This document shows, in pieces, positions 1 to 9,400 of a stretch of 59,432 nt of DNA. The translations under genes and the position numbers were made by a program. Each line of letters opens with the position of its first letter. Position 1 is the first letter of the stretch. The DNA is from a virus (taxonomy: Duplodnaviria > Caudoviricetes), in the IMG/VR virus record IMGVR_UViG_3300020205_002237, positions 1-59,432 of that record. One strand, given 5' to 3'. The notes under the pieces were generated by a model that saw nothing but the letters and a program-made list of their open reading frames with translations, was not told the DNA's origin and ran no database searches.

Positions 1-39
1 AATTACATTGTCGCGTCTTGCTCTTTTACCACTTGCCAT
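1..39 (-). CDS. 5' end of next gene (MASGKRARRDNVI...), truncated by window edge
   Basis: ATG at 39 preceded by AAGGAAG SD and the promoter at 82-110; frame open to the window edge. Confidence 0.6.
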   Translation of the reverse strand, partial: MASGKRARRDNVI

Positions 40-81
40 AAACTTCCTTGTAAGGTTGATAAAATTGATCTGCCAACTTAT

Positions 82-110
82 ATTGTAGCAGACCTAGATA
101 TGCTTGTCAA
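82..110 (-). promoter_or_regulatory. sigma70-type promoter TTGACA-17-TACAAT
   Basis: tgtcaa at 105-110 and attgta at 82-87, 17-nt spacer, TG extended -10. Confidence 0.8.
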
Positions 111-118
111 ATATAAAT

Positions 119-328
119 TTACTTCTTCTTGGCGTCTTCAACTTTAGTACCTTCAAGTTTTTGGTGCACTTTAATAGTTTTACACTCTTCTTGAGGTTTG
201 CCTGCTTTGTCTAACACAGGTTTGCCAGCTTTATCTGTTTTTTCTTTACAGACTTTTTTGGTTTCTGCCTCAGCAAATGCCGACACAAGTGCAAAACTAG
301 CAATAATAGCTACAATAAAATTTTTCAT
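119..328 (-). CDS. small secreted protein (signal peptide, two Cys, DKAGKP repeat)
   Basis: MKNFIVAIIASFALVSAFAE signal-peptide-like N-terminus; start abuts upstream stop. Confidence 0.7.
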   Translation of the reverse strand: MKNFIVAIIASFALVSAFAEAETKKVCKEKTDKAGKPVLDKAGKPQEECKTIKVHQKLEGTKVEDAKKK

Positions 329-787
329 TTAAATCTCCGGATGAGGTGCTTGTTGTGGGGCGGGTTTGCCATTAATATAAATAATGCTAGTAGCAGGAGC
401 TGCTGAAGTTCCGTTAAAACCAGCAGTTGTTGAAAATCCAGGTGAAAATGTGGGCTCTATTTTAACTGGATTAGCTTTAGCATAAGTGTTTGAATTTTCT
501 TGTGCTTGCTTAATCATATCACGCTTCATTTCCATTTCTTCTTTGCTACCACCTGCTAACATAATTCCTGACAATGTACCAGTTAAAAAAGTAGCAATTG
601 GAATAATCATTTCAAAAAATTTTTGGTCAATTGGACTAATAGCGTTTAGTGGCTGAGTAATGAAAATAATTGAGTATAGTACTACAAATACAATACCAGT
701 TAGTGTAAGAGCTAAACAAATGCCAATAAAAAATTTTAGGCGCGCCATTAGCTGATCTTCAGTATAGATAATTGTGTTACTTTCCAC
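329..787 (-). CDS. two-TM membrane protein, holin candidate
   Basis: Hydrophobic segments FFIGICLALTLTGIVFVVLYSIIFI and MIIPIATFLTGTLSGIMLAG; start reassigned to GTG at 787 after AAGGAG SD. Confidence 0.6.
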   Translation of the reverse strand: MESNTIIYTEDQLMARLKFFIGICLALTLTGIVFVVLYSIIFITQPLNAISPIDQKFFEMIIPIATFLTGTLSGIMLAGGSKEEMEMKRDMIKQAQENSNTYAKANPVKIEPTFSPGFSTTAGFNGTSAAPATSIIYINGKPAPQQAPHPEI

Positions 788-1082
788 AGTTAGCTCCTTG
801 TGTTTGTTGTGCCACGCACGCACCCATTGGTGCAGGTGATTGATTAAATGTTTGAGTTTGTCCATCTTTGGGAGGTCCTAGTCTTGGATCGCGTTGGCCT
901 TTAAAAATGTGTTCTGGGCAAGTTCTGGTAACATCACAGATTGGTATTTTACAGAAATCTTTATCCCAGTTTGTGGGGTCTTGACAAGGGTAACGAAAGC
1001 TATCTTTACCACAAAACGCTAGTCCTACAGGAAATAATAGTAGTATTATTGCCCATTTAAATAGTTTTAAATCATTGTGCAT
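777..1082 (-). CDS. Cys-rich exported protein, possible lipoprotein
   Basis: Hydrophobic N-terminus then LAFC and RYPCQDP..CKIPICDVTRTCPE. Confidence 0.6.
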   Translation of the reverse strand: MHNDLKLFKWAIILLLFPVGLAFCGKDSFRYPCQDPTNWDKDFCKIPICDVTRTCPEHIFKGQRDPRLGPPKDGQTQTFNQSPAPMGACVAQQTQGANCGK

Positions 1083-1232
1083 CTATAATCCAACTTTTCC
1101 TAGTAATAAAGCAACGATTTTATTTGATAAATCGTCTGGTAAAAATTTTAAAAATCCCAAAAACCAAAGCGCAACGCATCCGTATATGAATATTTTTAAT
1201 GCTAAATCAAAAGTTTTTTGGTATTCGTTCAT
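1083..1232 (-). CDS. 49-aa membrane protein (not in ORF track)
   Basis: Hand translation MNEYQKTFDLALKIFIYGCVALWFLGFLKFLPDDLSNKIVALLLGKVGL*; TAATG overlap upstream, TAG-ATG junction downstream. Confidence 0.75.
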   Translation of the reverse strand: MNEYQKTFDLALKIFIYGCVALWFLGFLKFLPDDLSNKIVALLLGKVGL

Positions 1233-1729
1233 TAGTGACCACACCTATTACCTGTTTGACAGTATTGCATTAGTTCGTAGCCACCAACAAACATTAAGAA
1301 TAAAACAAAACTAGCTCCACCAATTATCATTGCCCATTCGTTTAGTTCTTCTTCTTTTTGTTTGCGTTTGCGTTCTTGAGCATTAAAAAGTCTTATTTCC
1401 TGAGCGTCATCTGCATCCATTTGCTCTTGGCGGGCTTTAATTTTATTCCAAACATCTATTTTACCAGTTTGCATAAACAACATTTTAAGCTCTTCTTCAA
1501 ATGCTCTGGCTTGTTCTAGTGCCATTTCAATTTGTAGAGCAGTGCCCATGTTGTTGCCTTTGCCAGACTTCTTTGCTTCCATTAAAGCTTTAGTTGCCGT
1601 GCTTTTAGCATCAAACATTTTGCCAATCATTGGAGCCAGCGACCCTAAATCGTTAGCAACTGCGCTTGCTTTTTTGACCATAGAAATGGCCGATTGTATC
1701 CCCGCTAGTGCGGTTAGTGGATCTATCAT
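1232..1729 (-). CDS. helical/coiled-coil protein with C-terminal TM, function unknown
   Basis: AGGAGG SD; TM WAMIIGGASFVLFLMFVGG; C-terminal Cys pair. Confidence 0.7.
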   Translation of the reverse strand: MIDPLTALAGIQSAISMVKKASAVANDLGSLAPMIGKMFDAKSTATKALMEAKKSGKGNNMGTALQIEMALEQARAFEEELKMLFMQTGKIDVWNKIKARQEQMDADDAQEIRLFNAQERKRKQKEEELNEWAMIIGGASFVLFLMFVGGYELMQYCQTGNRCGH

Positions 1730-1738
1730 ACTTACCTC

Positions 1739-1876
1739 CTATTGGCGCTTTTTACGCCATTCTAAACAAATTACTTTTCTTGAGTACACGTCTCCAGTCC
1801 ATGCCCACCTAACACATTTATATTGGTCAGGTTTAGCATAACTTAATGTTATTGAAATTAGCCAAGCGGTAAACAC
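1739..1876 (-). CDS. 45-aa exported Trp/Cys peptide (not in ORF track)
   Basis: GTG at 1876 with AGGAG SD; MFTAWLISITLSYAKPDQYKCVRWAWTGDVYSRKVICLEWRKKRQ*; fills the gap. Confidence 0.65.
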   Translation of the reverse strand: MFTAWLISITLSYAKPDQYKCVRWAWTGDVYSRKVICLEWRKKRQ

Positions 1877-1879
1877 CGC

Positions 1880-2494
1880 TTAGGCTCCTAGTACATGCTT
1901 AGCATGTTCATAATGTTTTTTACGATCTTCAAGGCCAATAGTACCACCGTTAATACGTTTGGTTAAGGTTAAAATGTCGTCTTTGTCGGCCCACTGATTT
2001 AGGTTGTTTGTTTCCCAGAACCAGCAAGCTGACTGCGCAGCTCCTTCAAAAGTCTCCATATATTCGGATGCCTCTTCAGGACTAATTTGTAAACTAGCAG
2101 CAAACCAAAAATAGTTATCTTTGCCTGTGAGTTGAATTAATCCGCGACCGCAGTAACGATAACCATCGTTAGACTCTTCAGGACCATTGCCCATTCGGTT
2201 ACAGTATACTTTATTTGCAATTGCTTGTGGCTTGTTTGCAAATTGTGCTGCCATTTCGTCTGTGGGAAAATACTTAGGAAAGATTTTACGTAAGGTAACT
2301 GCACGATAGTTTAAGTTTTCTTTAATTGCTCGAAACCCGCCGCTTTCATGAGCGCATTGAGCTAAAAATGCTGCCATACGCTGTGGAGTATTAATCTCGT
2401 ATTCGGGCAGTAATTGCACAAGTGCTTTGTGCCAGTATTCTATGTGTGGATTTTTTTCAACAATTTGTTTTAGTTGTTCAAGTTTTAATTCCAT
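1880..2494 (-). CDS. endolysin, glycoside hydrolase family 19
   Basis: FLAQCAHESGGF, GRGLIQLTGKDNY and TKRINGGTIGLEDR motifs; adjacent to spanins. Confidence 0.93.
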   Translation of the reverse strand: MELKLEQLKQIVEKNPHIEYWHKALVQLLPEYEINTPQRMAAFLAQCAHESGGFRAIKENLNYRAVTLRKIFPKYFPTDEMAAQFANKPQAIANKVYCNRMGNGPEESNDGYRYCGRGLIQLTGKDNYFWFAASLQISPEEASEYMETFEGAAQSACWFWETNNLNQWADKDDILTLTKRINGGTIGLEDRKKHYEHAKHVLGA

Positions 2495-2760
2495 TACTTT
2501 AATCCTTCATAAATGATTTTTTGTTCTCGATACCAACGTTGCCAAGCTTCTAGCTTAATAGCGCACATATAGTATTCTGAATAATTAACTGTTACAGTTT
2601 TTGCCACATCTGACAGTTTAGCTTGTTCTTCTAGCTTTTTAAGGTCAGGACACGGTTCTTGTACTAGTGTACCTGGTGCAGCTGGAAATTTTGCTGTAAC
2701 TGGAACAGTTGTGGAGCAAGCACTTAGTGTGAGTGCTATTGCAATCGCTAAAAATTTCAT
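2494..2760 (-). CDS. o-spanin (Rz1-like lipoprotein)
   Basis: Start reassigned to ATG 2760: MKFLAIAIALTLSAC lipobox, Pro-rich then helical; overlaps the i-spanin stop. Confidence 0.85.
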   Translation of the reverse strand: MKFLAIAIALTLSACSTTVPVTAKFPAAPGTLVQEPCPDLKKLEEQAKLSDVAKTVTVNYSEYYMCAIKLEAWQRWYREQKIIYEGLK

Positions 2761-3176
2761 TTCTTTGGTGCCTCCGCTGCACGATTGTGTGTAGTTACAA
2801 ACTCTTTGGGAATTACGCAATTAGCGTCAAACTTAACTACTTCACGGTCTACGTAACGAACTATGTCTTGACCACGTTCTTTTATTACTTGTGTTTTTAC
2901 TACTGTTTTTTCTACAATATTAGTGTTTGCGGTTGCTGATTTAGCTTCTGCCTCAACTACTTTGACTTCTAAGTCTTTTACACGAGCCAACCACGCATCA
3001 TTATTGCTTATAGCACCTATCATGTAAATGCTAAATAGTACTACAACAATACTACCCATCTGAATTAGTTTTGCTTGAGGCAATACTTTAACAAAGTGCG
3101 TAACTAAAACTGTTATTATACCAGCTAAACATAACACATAAAAAATCCAGTTGGGTAAGAATTGTAGTATCCACAT
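2757..3176 (-). CDS. i-spanin (Rz-like)
   Basis: N-terminal TMs, coiled coil, VKTQVIKERG..IVRYVDREV..C-terminal Cys; precedes a lipoprotein. Confidence 0.8.
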   Translation of the reverse strand: MWILQFLPNWIFYVLCLAGIITVLVTHFVKVLPQAKLIQMGSIVVVLFSIYMIGAISNNDAWLARVKDLEVKVVEAEAKSATANTNIVEKTVVKTQVIKERGQDIVRYVDREVVKFDANCVIPKEFVTTHNRAAEAPKK

Positions 3177-3177
3177 A

Positions 3178-4224
3178 TTATATCATGCTCTTTAGGTTGT
3201 TTAGCAGTCGAGTATCGTCTGGTGCAAACTCAATAGCTTTCTTTACTAATTCTACGGCTTCATCTTTTAAGCCAAGGTTCCAAGCAGCAATCGACCCTAA
3301 ATCGTAAGGACGCTCTGTCCAGACTGTTGGGTCCATTGTGTAAACTAGTGCCTTATCACGAATGTTTAGTGCAGATTTTGCAGCTGCATAACATTCAGTC
3401 CAATTACTAGTGCGGTAAGCAAGTGTGGCAAGTTCAACCCAAGGCTCACGTGTGCCGGGGGCTTCTGCTACTGCTAAGCGATACATTTTAATCGCTTGTT
3501 CCAAGTTACCTAATTCAGTATAACATTTACCTAGTAATCTGTAAGCATAGCAACGTTCGTTCTGCCAAGTAGCTTCAGGCATTGCTAAATATTTGTTTAA
3601 GTACTCAATAGCTTCTTTCCATCGACTATAAAAAGTTAGTTCGCGTGCGTGATAAAAAGCATTACGAGGACAGTGTGGATCTTCAGCAATTGCCAGTTCT
3701 AAGAGTGGCATATATTGACCACGAGACTTAGTATTATCTGGATGATGGCTTACTAAAAGCATATCTGTATGTGCATACAGTTCTTTGGTACGATTATCGG
3801 GTCTGGGATATTCATGCACAGGATGATGCCAGTGATAGCCTGTGCGATGATGAATTTTTTCGTAAAAGAAACTAATACCTTGACCCCAGTCAAATTTGTA
3901 ACGCAGTCTGGTAGTTTCTGCGGTCCAAACTCGTTCAATTTCTTCTCGCCAGCCAGGTTCTAAGATTTCGTCTAAGTCTAGGCTAATGCAAACATCGTAG
4001 TCACCTGGAATCAAGTTAAGGGCTGTGTCACGAGCTTTGTCAAAACGCCAAGGACGTACAGAAATATTGTATACCTCGGCACCGTATTTTTTGGCTTCTG
4101 CAACTGTGTTGTCTGTTGATCCTGTGTCTGCAATTAAAATTAAATCAGCGTCTATTGCTGACTTGCAGAATCGTTCAACAAATTGTTCTTCGTTTTTACT
4201 GATAGCGTATACTGCTATTTTCAT
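3178..4224 (-). CDS. GT2-family glycosyltransferase with C-terminal TPR repeats
   Basis: ISKNEE, DTGSTDNT, FDKARD, LDLDE (DxD), HPVHE motifs; TPR helices such as AYRLLGKCYTELGNLEQAIKMYRLA. Confidence 0.9.
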   Translation of the reverse strand: MKIAVYAISKNEEQFVERFCKSAIDADLILIADTGSTDNTVAEAKKYGAEVYNISVRPWRFDKARDTALNLIPGDYDVCISLDLDEILEPGWREEIERVWTAETTRLRYKFDWGQGISFFYEKIHHRTGYHWHHPVHEYPRPDNRTKELYAHTDMLLVSHHPDNTKSRGQYMPLLELAIAEDPHCPRNAFYHARELTFYSRWKEAIEYLNKYLAMPEATWQNERCYAYRLLGKCYTELGNLEQAIKMYRLAVAEAPGTREPWVELATLAYRTSNWTECYAAAKSALNIRDKALVYTMDPTVWTERPYDLGSIAAWNLGLKDEAVELVKKAIEFAPDDTRLLNNLKSMI

Positions 4225-4229
4225 GTGGA

Positions 4230-4748
4230 TTAAAAGTTAAATGGTTTAGTGGGCCAGCCAAGACCTTGAGCTGGTTGAGTTAAATCGTAGTGTTGCGTTA
4301 AATCGCGTAATTCTTGTTTGTATAGTAATAAACTATATAGTTGTTCTTCTGATAGTGTGGTCGTAACACCACGTAATATTTGTTCTTGATGACGTTGCAC
4401 TAACCAGTCGGTATCAGCAAGATACTGTGCTCGTTGCATTAAAGCTGTTACTATCGGTTTATCTGATTCTATTAATTGTTCAATAATTGATAGTAAATTA
4501 TACTTGGTATCAATAAACCACTGTATTTCAGGTTGTTCAATTCCTACACATAATTCTTTAGTATCTTTTCTTTCAACATGATATATTTCTCTGTGTGGTT
4601 CATAAGAAACATATGCAGTAGTGTCTGCAAAAGGATACCCAGTATCTGATATAAATTTACTTAACTCTTGCCAGTAGTATTCTTTACCATCAACTCGTAA
4701 GAAAAAATGTAAATTATAAAAATCAAGTGATGCTATGTTATTATTCAA
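4230..4748 (-). CDS. tail fibre assembly chaperone-like protein
   Basis: C-terminal R..YLADTDWLV.R...YKQELRDL...WPTKP pattern; follows fibre gene with overlap. Confidence 0.75.
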   Translation of the reverse strand: MNNNIASLDFYNLHFFLRVDGKEYYWQELSKFISDTGYPFADTTAYVSYEPHREIYHVERKDTKELCVGIEQPEIQWFIDTKYNLLSIIEQLIESDKPIVTALMQRAQYLADTDWLVQRHQEQILRGVTTTLSEEQLYSLLLYKQELRDLTQHYDLTQPAQGLGWPTKPFNF

Positions 4749-5899
4749 GGTATTATTCCTTTATACTGTATAAATGCAACACCAATTCGTGGTGGTACAT
4801 ATGCTATTCCTGAAGCGGAAATATTAGAGTGTGTATGTGACCAAGCATAGTTGTTGTGCTGAGCACTTGGGCCGGAAACATTGGCTGTACTTGCGTACCC
4901 GCTACTGTGATAGTGAGGTACATATGCACTATTTATAGTTGCTGTTCCAGTATTATTAGCATTAACAAGAATATTCCATTGATTATCACTATAACCTATA
5001 ACATAACTGCCTAAATTAGTAGTGCCATTGTTACCGTTACACAAATACCAAGGAGCAGGTATACTGCTTATAGCTCCTACATACATAACAATCATGTCTG
5101 TTTCAGGTCTACCTCCTATTACCATTTGCCATAAATTTAATAATTTACTTAAAATAGCTGATTGACTAAAAGTAACAGTACCTGTATGACTGTGTGATCC
5201 ACCACTAGTATAGTTGTAATTGCGAAGATATGCACCAGTTACATAAGGTTTATACGCACTACTTGTTCCAGCGTGTATATGACTAGAAGCAGTACTAGTA
5301 GACAGGGAGCCTGAACTGCTAAAAGGAGTGCCTGCTGTAAATGTTTGACTATCTAATGCACCTACTAAATAGTTATTTCCTGTTCTTGTAAAGGCCGTGC
5401 AGTTTGCAGGACTAGTTTGTTTAACAACTAGTGCATTTTGAGGCAATCTAACTACAGATCTAACAGCTCGTAGAAATGTTATATTTTGCCTATTTACCAT
5501 TGATGGTGTTGCAGCACCAGCAGATGAACCAGATAAACTATGATTATGAGATCCACCACTACCATTTTGATAGGCTAAACTACCTCCAGTACCTAAAGCA
5601 CCGTTAAGATTTTGGGTAAACGCAGGCCCACTGTGAGCCCCATCAGTAGTAGTAGTAGTGCTAATAGAGCCTCCACCACTTACAGCAGCCAGTGCTACAC
5701 CTACTTGCGTAGGTGCTACAGTACTGTAAATAAACTTACCATCTGCGGCACTATATCTTTCCCAATCTGAAAGAACAGGAGTGTTCCCATAATAAGGAAT
5801 TAATGTATTAGCAGGAAATTTAAATGTTTCTGGTACAAATTCTCCTCCTGCAAATGCAAAATTACTGGTTGTACTTGATACAATGGATATTGGAGGCAT
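4745..5899 (-). CDS. tail fibre with collar-like segments and HxH motifs
   Basis: MIVMYVGAISSIPAPWYLCNGNNGTTNL collar-like motif; HNH, HIH, HSH, HYH, HTH tripeptides. Confidence 0.75.
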   Translation of the reverse strand: MPPISIVSSTTSNFAFAGGEFVPETFKFPANTLIPYYGNTPVLSDWERYSAADGKFIYSTVAPTQVGVALAAVSGGGSISTTTTTDGAHSGPAFTQNLNGALGTGGSLAYQNGSGGSHNHSLSGSSAGAATPSMVNRQNITFLRAVRSVVRLPQNALVVKQTSPANCTAFTRTGNNYLVGALDSQTFTAGTPFSSSGSLSTSTASSHIHAGTSSAYKPYVTGAYLRNYNYTSGGSHSHTGTVTFSQSAILSKLLNLWQMVIGGRPETDMIVMYVGAISSIPAPWYLCNGNNGTTNLGSYVIGYSDNQWNILVNANNTGTATINSAYVPHYHSSGYASTANVSGPSAQHNNYAWSHTHSNISASGIAYVPPRIGVAFIQYKGIIP

Positions 5900-5909
5900 T
5901 TAAAAATCC

Positions 5910-6392
5910 TTATGCGTATTTAGTTTGCGAAATGTATACACTCCACGTATTAGCTGCAGTTTTAATTAAATATACTACATATACATCAGTACAACTAGAG
6001 TTACCTGCTGCAATTGGGGTTGCATTTTGATATTTTATAGTACGTGTACCTGCTCCGCCATCCACAGTTAAGTTACTAAGATAATAAGGAACTAATCCAT
6101 TTGGAACAAATAATGTAATTCCAACAGATTCACCTACATTAAGCAAGGTGTTTAAGGCAGTAGAAGAATCTCCGCGAACATTCAAAATAAAATTTTGTGT
6201 AGTTGTATTATACACCACAATTGATTGTGTGGCAACATCAAAATCTACTATGCCCCCTGGTGCTGCACCTGTAATGGTAACAGGTTCTTTAACTACTTTA
6301 AGTGTTTTGTTTGCAATAACCTGGCTACCCGTTAAGGTAGCCAGTGAATTATATAGCGTTGGATCTAGAGTGTTTTGAACGACTAGGGTCAT
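5910..6392 (-). CDS. beta-rich virion appendage protein
   Basis: ATLTGSQVIANKTL fibre-type motif then beta-rich domain; position in fibre block. Confidence 0.6.
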   Translation of the reverse strand: MTLVVQNTLDPTLYNSLATLTGSQVIANKTLKVVKEPVTITGAAPGGIVDFDVATQSIVVYNTTTQNFILNVRGDSSTALNTLLNVGESVGITLFVPNGLVPYYLSNLTVDGGAGTRTIKYQNATPIAAGNSSCTDVYVVYLIKTAANTWSVYISQTKYA

Positions 6393-6409
6393 GTGATTCC
6401 TTTATAAGA

Positions 6410-9400
6410 TTACCAGGTGGGTAACAGTTTTGTTGGTAATGCAGGTGTATTTGTGCCTTCATGTACCATTGTACTAACGCCATTAATAACTTTAGTAGTA
6501 TATCTAGCGGCCATTGTCATTCGTATGTCTTGTAAGAACCCGCACCAAGATTTATCTTGAATCTCGTTGTAGTTAGTTCCAAACTTAAAGTTTTCTATAT
6601 TATAGTAAAGAGGATTAAAATAGTCCGTAGCACTTAAACTACCTGTTGTATATGTTCCAGGATTTCCTGCCCAAATGCGTGCTTTTTCAACTCCATTTAT
6701 ATAACAATAGAAGTTCCCTGCTCGGCGTACGTATGCAATATGATCCATAGTACCGCTAGTTTTAGTAGCTGCTACTACGTCAGTTGTAATTAAGTGGTAA
6801 TCTGTATAAGACTCACCCAATACAAACTGCCAAAATCCACTGCTATTTACACGAACTTGAAAATTATTTTGGTAATGGCTGGCAACTCTGTAAGTAGGAA
6901 TAGACTGTCCACCAGAAGCCGCATCCCATACAGAGGCCCAAAACTCTACGGTAAAGTCCTGAGCTTGACCACTCATGTGTTGAACACCCCAGTAGTTGTA
7001 GGCATACTGCATCCTATTAATAAGGGTAGTATCTCGGTTAGTAAACTTTAAACTGCCATTTCCAAACTTTTTAACATCTGAACTAGGTGTAACTCCATAC
7101 TGCCAAACAAGTGAAGCCATAGAACTGTCTTGAACTGGATTAGACATTTTCTGACTAAAGTGTGTGTGCTGATCATAAACATAACCAGATGTTGGTACTG
7201 TGTAAGTAGTTGCATCATTATCATAACGAGCCGTAGTACTTAAACGTACTCCGCCGTTTGGACTTCCACTAAGTAGTGGATACGTGTTATAAGTTTTTGT
7301 ACCTGGGCTAAAAGCTGCCTGAACAACTTTTCTAACACCATTTACAAAAAGTGCAACTTTATTGGTTTTTGTAGGATCATAGCATATAGCTATGTGATTC
7401 CAACAATGTCCTTTAAATGTAGTAGGATTAGTGTCTGTTGTATTTAACCACTGCACTGTGGCATTATGTTCAGTATAAAAGCCAAAACTTACATTGCCGT
7501 AAGAATTAGCTCCTGCTCCATAATGGTTGCGTATCATCCAGCCTTCGTGCCCAGCAGTTGAGGCAGTATAGATTGGAGACCACACACTATCAACACCATT
7601 TGGATTAGTCTGCTGTGAATACATAAAGCACTCAATAGTCCAAGGACCACTCATGCGAGTTATATAAGAGTTTTCTTGACGGGATCCATCGCCTGTAAAA
7701 GTAGATGCCTCCTGAAAACTATTACTAGTATCACTGGTATCGCCAATAATTTCTGCATCTGGGTCCCAAGGTGCGGTAGGCAAGTACGGACTCATGTTAG
7801 AAGCATACACATCCCAGTTACCGCCATTTGGATAGTCATCTCGTGGATAATCTATTTGATTGTTTCTGCCAGAAAAATCTCGTAAGTTTGAATTGTTTAG
7901 CGTTAATAAAACCGTGTTGGTTATTGCAGTTAATGGTTTAGTTGGCACAGAGATAGAATCTGGATTATTAGTTCCATTACTATAAGCTCCTGAACCTTTT
8001 ACAATTCTTAAGTCTGCCATCCAAGCAGGAAAAGTTCTCCAGTTTCTAACACTTTTTGAGCCGTTAAATAAGTGCATTCGGCCTTGCGGAGCAGAAATAG
8101 TAGAAGTAAACATGACTTCTCGTGACATTCTGCCGTTTACATATAATGCTAGTTTTCCACTAGTTCTTTGTATACAAATATGGCCCCACTGTCCAATAGC
8201 AAAATCAACATTATTTTCAGATAAAATTGGAGTGTTGTTGGTGGTAACGTAAAACCCTTTGCTATGACTAATAAACTCTAAGCATATTCCAGTATCATTA
8301 AAATACTGGCGAGTGTCGAACAATACCCAGCTTTCATTGCCGTACCCAGTCATAAACTCATAGCGCGGTCTAAACCACACTTCAATACTAAAATCACCCG
8401 TGCCAAAATCAAAGTCACCTTGCGTGGTTTTGGCTACTGCACAAGTATTCGTCTCCCCATAGTTGTAGTAACTACCGCCACGACCACGAGATGTAGGGTG
8501 ATGTTGACCATATCGAGGCCCACTACTACGGCGCCAAAGCGCAGTTCTAGAAGTGCCTTCATTTACCCACTGTGCAATATCTGTGTTTGCCTTACCTGAT
8601 GCCATAGTAGCTATCAACAACGAAGTATTTGAATCGTTTGTAGCCACAGTGTCTAGATTGGGGGTAAATACAACAGTACCTACTGTAGTACTTGAAGTTG
8701 TATACCGTGCAGTTTTAGATAGTTTTAAGCAACTGATACTACCATGTAAGTTAACACCATTGTCTCTGGTAGTAAATAAACGTAGTGGTCCAGTAGCGGT
8801 AAAGTTAGTGCTGCAAGTTCCAACATGTACTAATGCACCGTCAATGTACATTTTAAACCCGTTGGCACTGGTGTTTTCACGAACAGCGCAAAGATGGTGC
8901 CAACCTTGATACATGTTTTTGATAGTTGTACTTGTATATGCAGTACCAGCATCAACAAACACAATAGAGTTGCTGTTAGCATAAAAACTCCAGCCTGTGC
9001 CAGTTGTTTCAGCTTTGCCTGTTATACCACCGCCACCAGCGTTACTAACATAAAGCCAGCACTCTACTGTAAAAGCACTTGAGCCTAGCTGTAAACTAGT
9101 GTTACTGGGTTTACGATCTTCTATTTTAGTATAGTGCCCATTGTAAGGTACATTAATACTTGTTGCACCGTGACCTTGTAGCAACGTCGTCTTATCGATA
9201 AAAGGACTGTCAATAATTCTGGCAACACTGTTATATCTTTCTACATTTAGACCTTGTGGCTGCGTAAATCTGTTTACGCCATTGTTGTAGCTAGTAAGGC
9301 TTAATGAATAAGCGCTGCCTGACATATCCAATGCAGCCGTGGGTTTTGAAAAATTAGCAGAGTACTGCGCTGATTTCTTAATACGTATGTCAGTTATTTT

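Noticed and set aside
788-865. Track start of the 178-aa ORF
   Set aside because: Overlaps the upstream gene extensively; GTG 787 has an AAGGAG SD
1861-1885. Hairpin after the endolysin as a terminator
   Set aside because: No U-tract, and it overlaps the start of the 45-aa ORF; at most a translational-coupling structure
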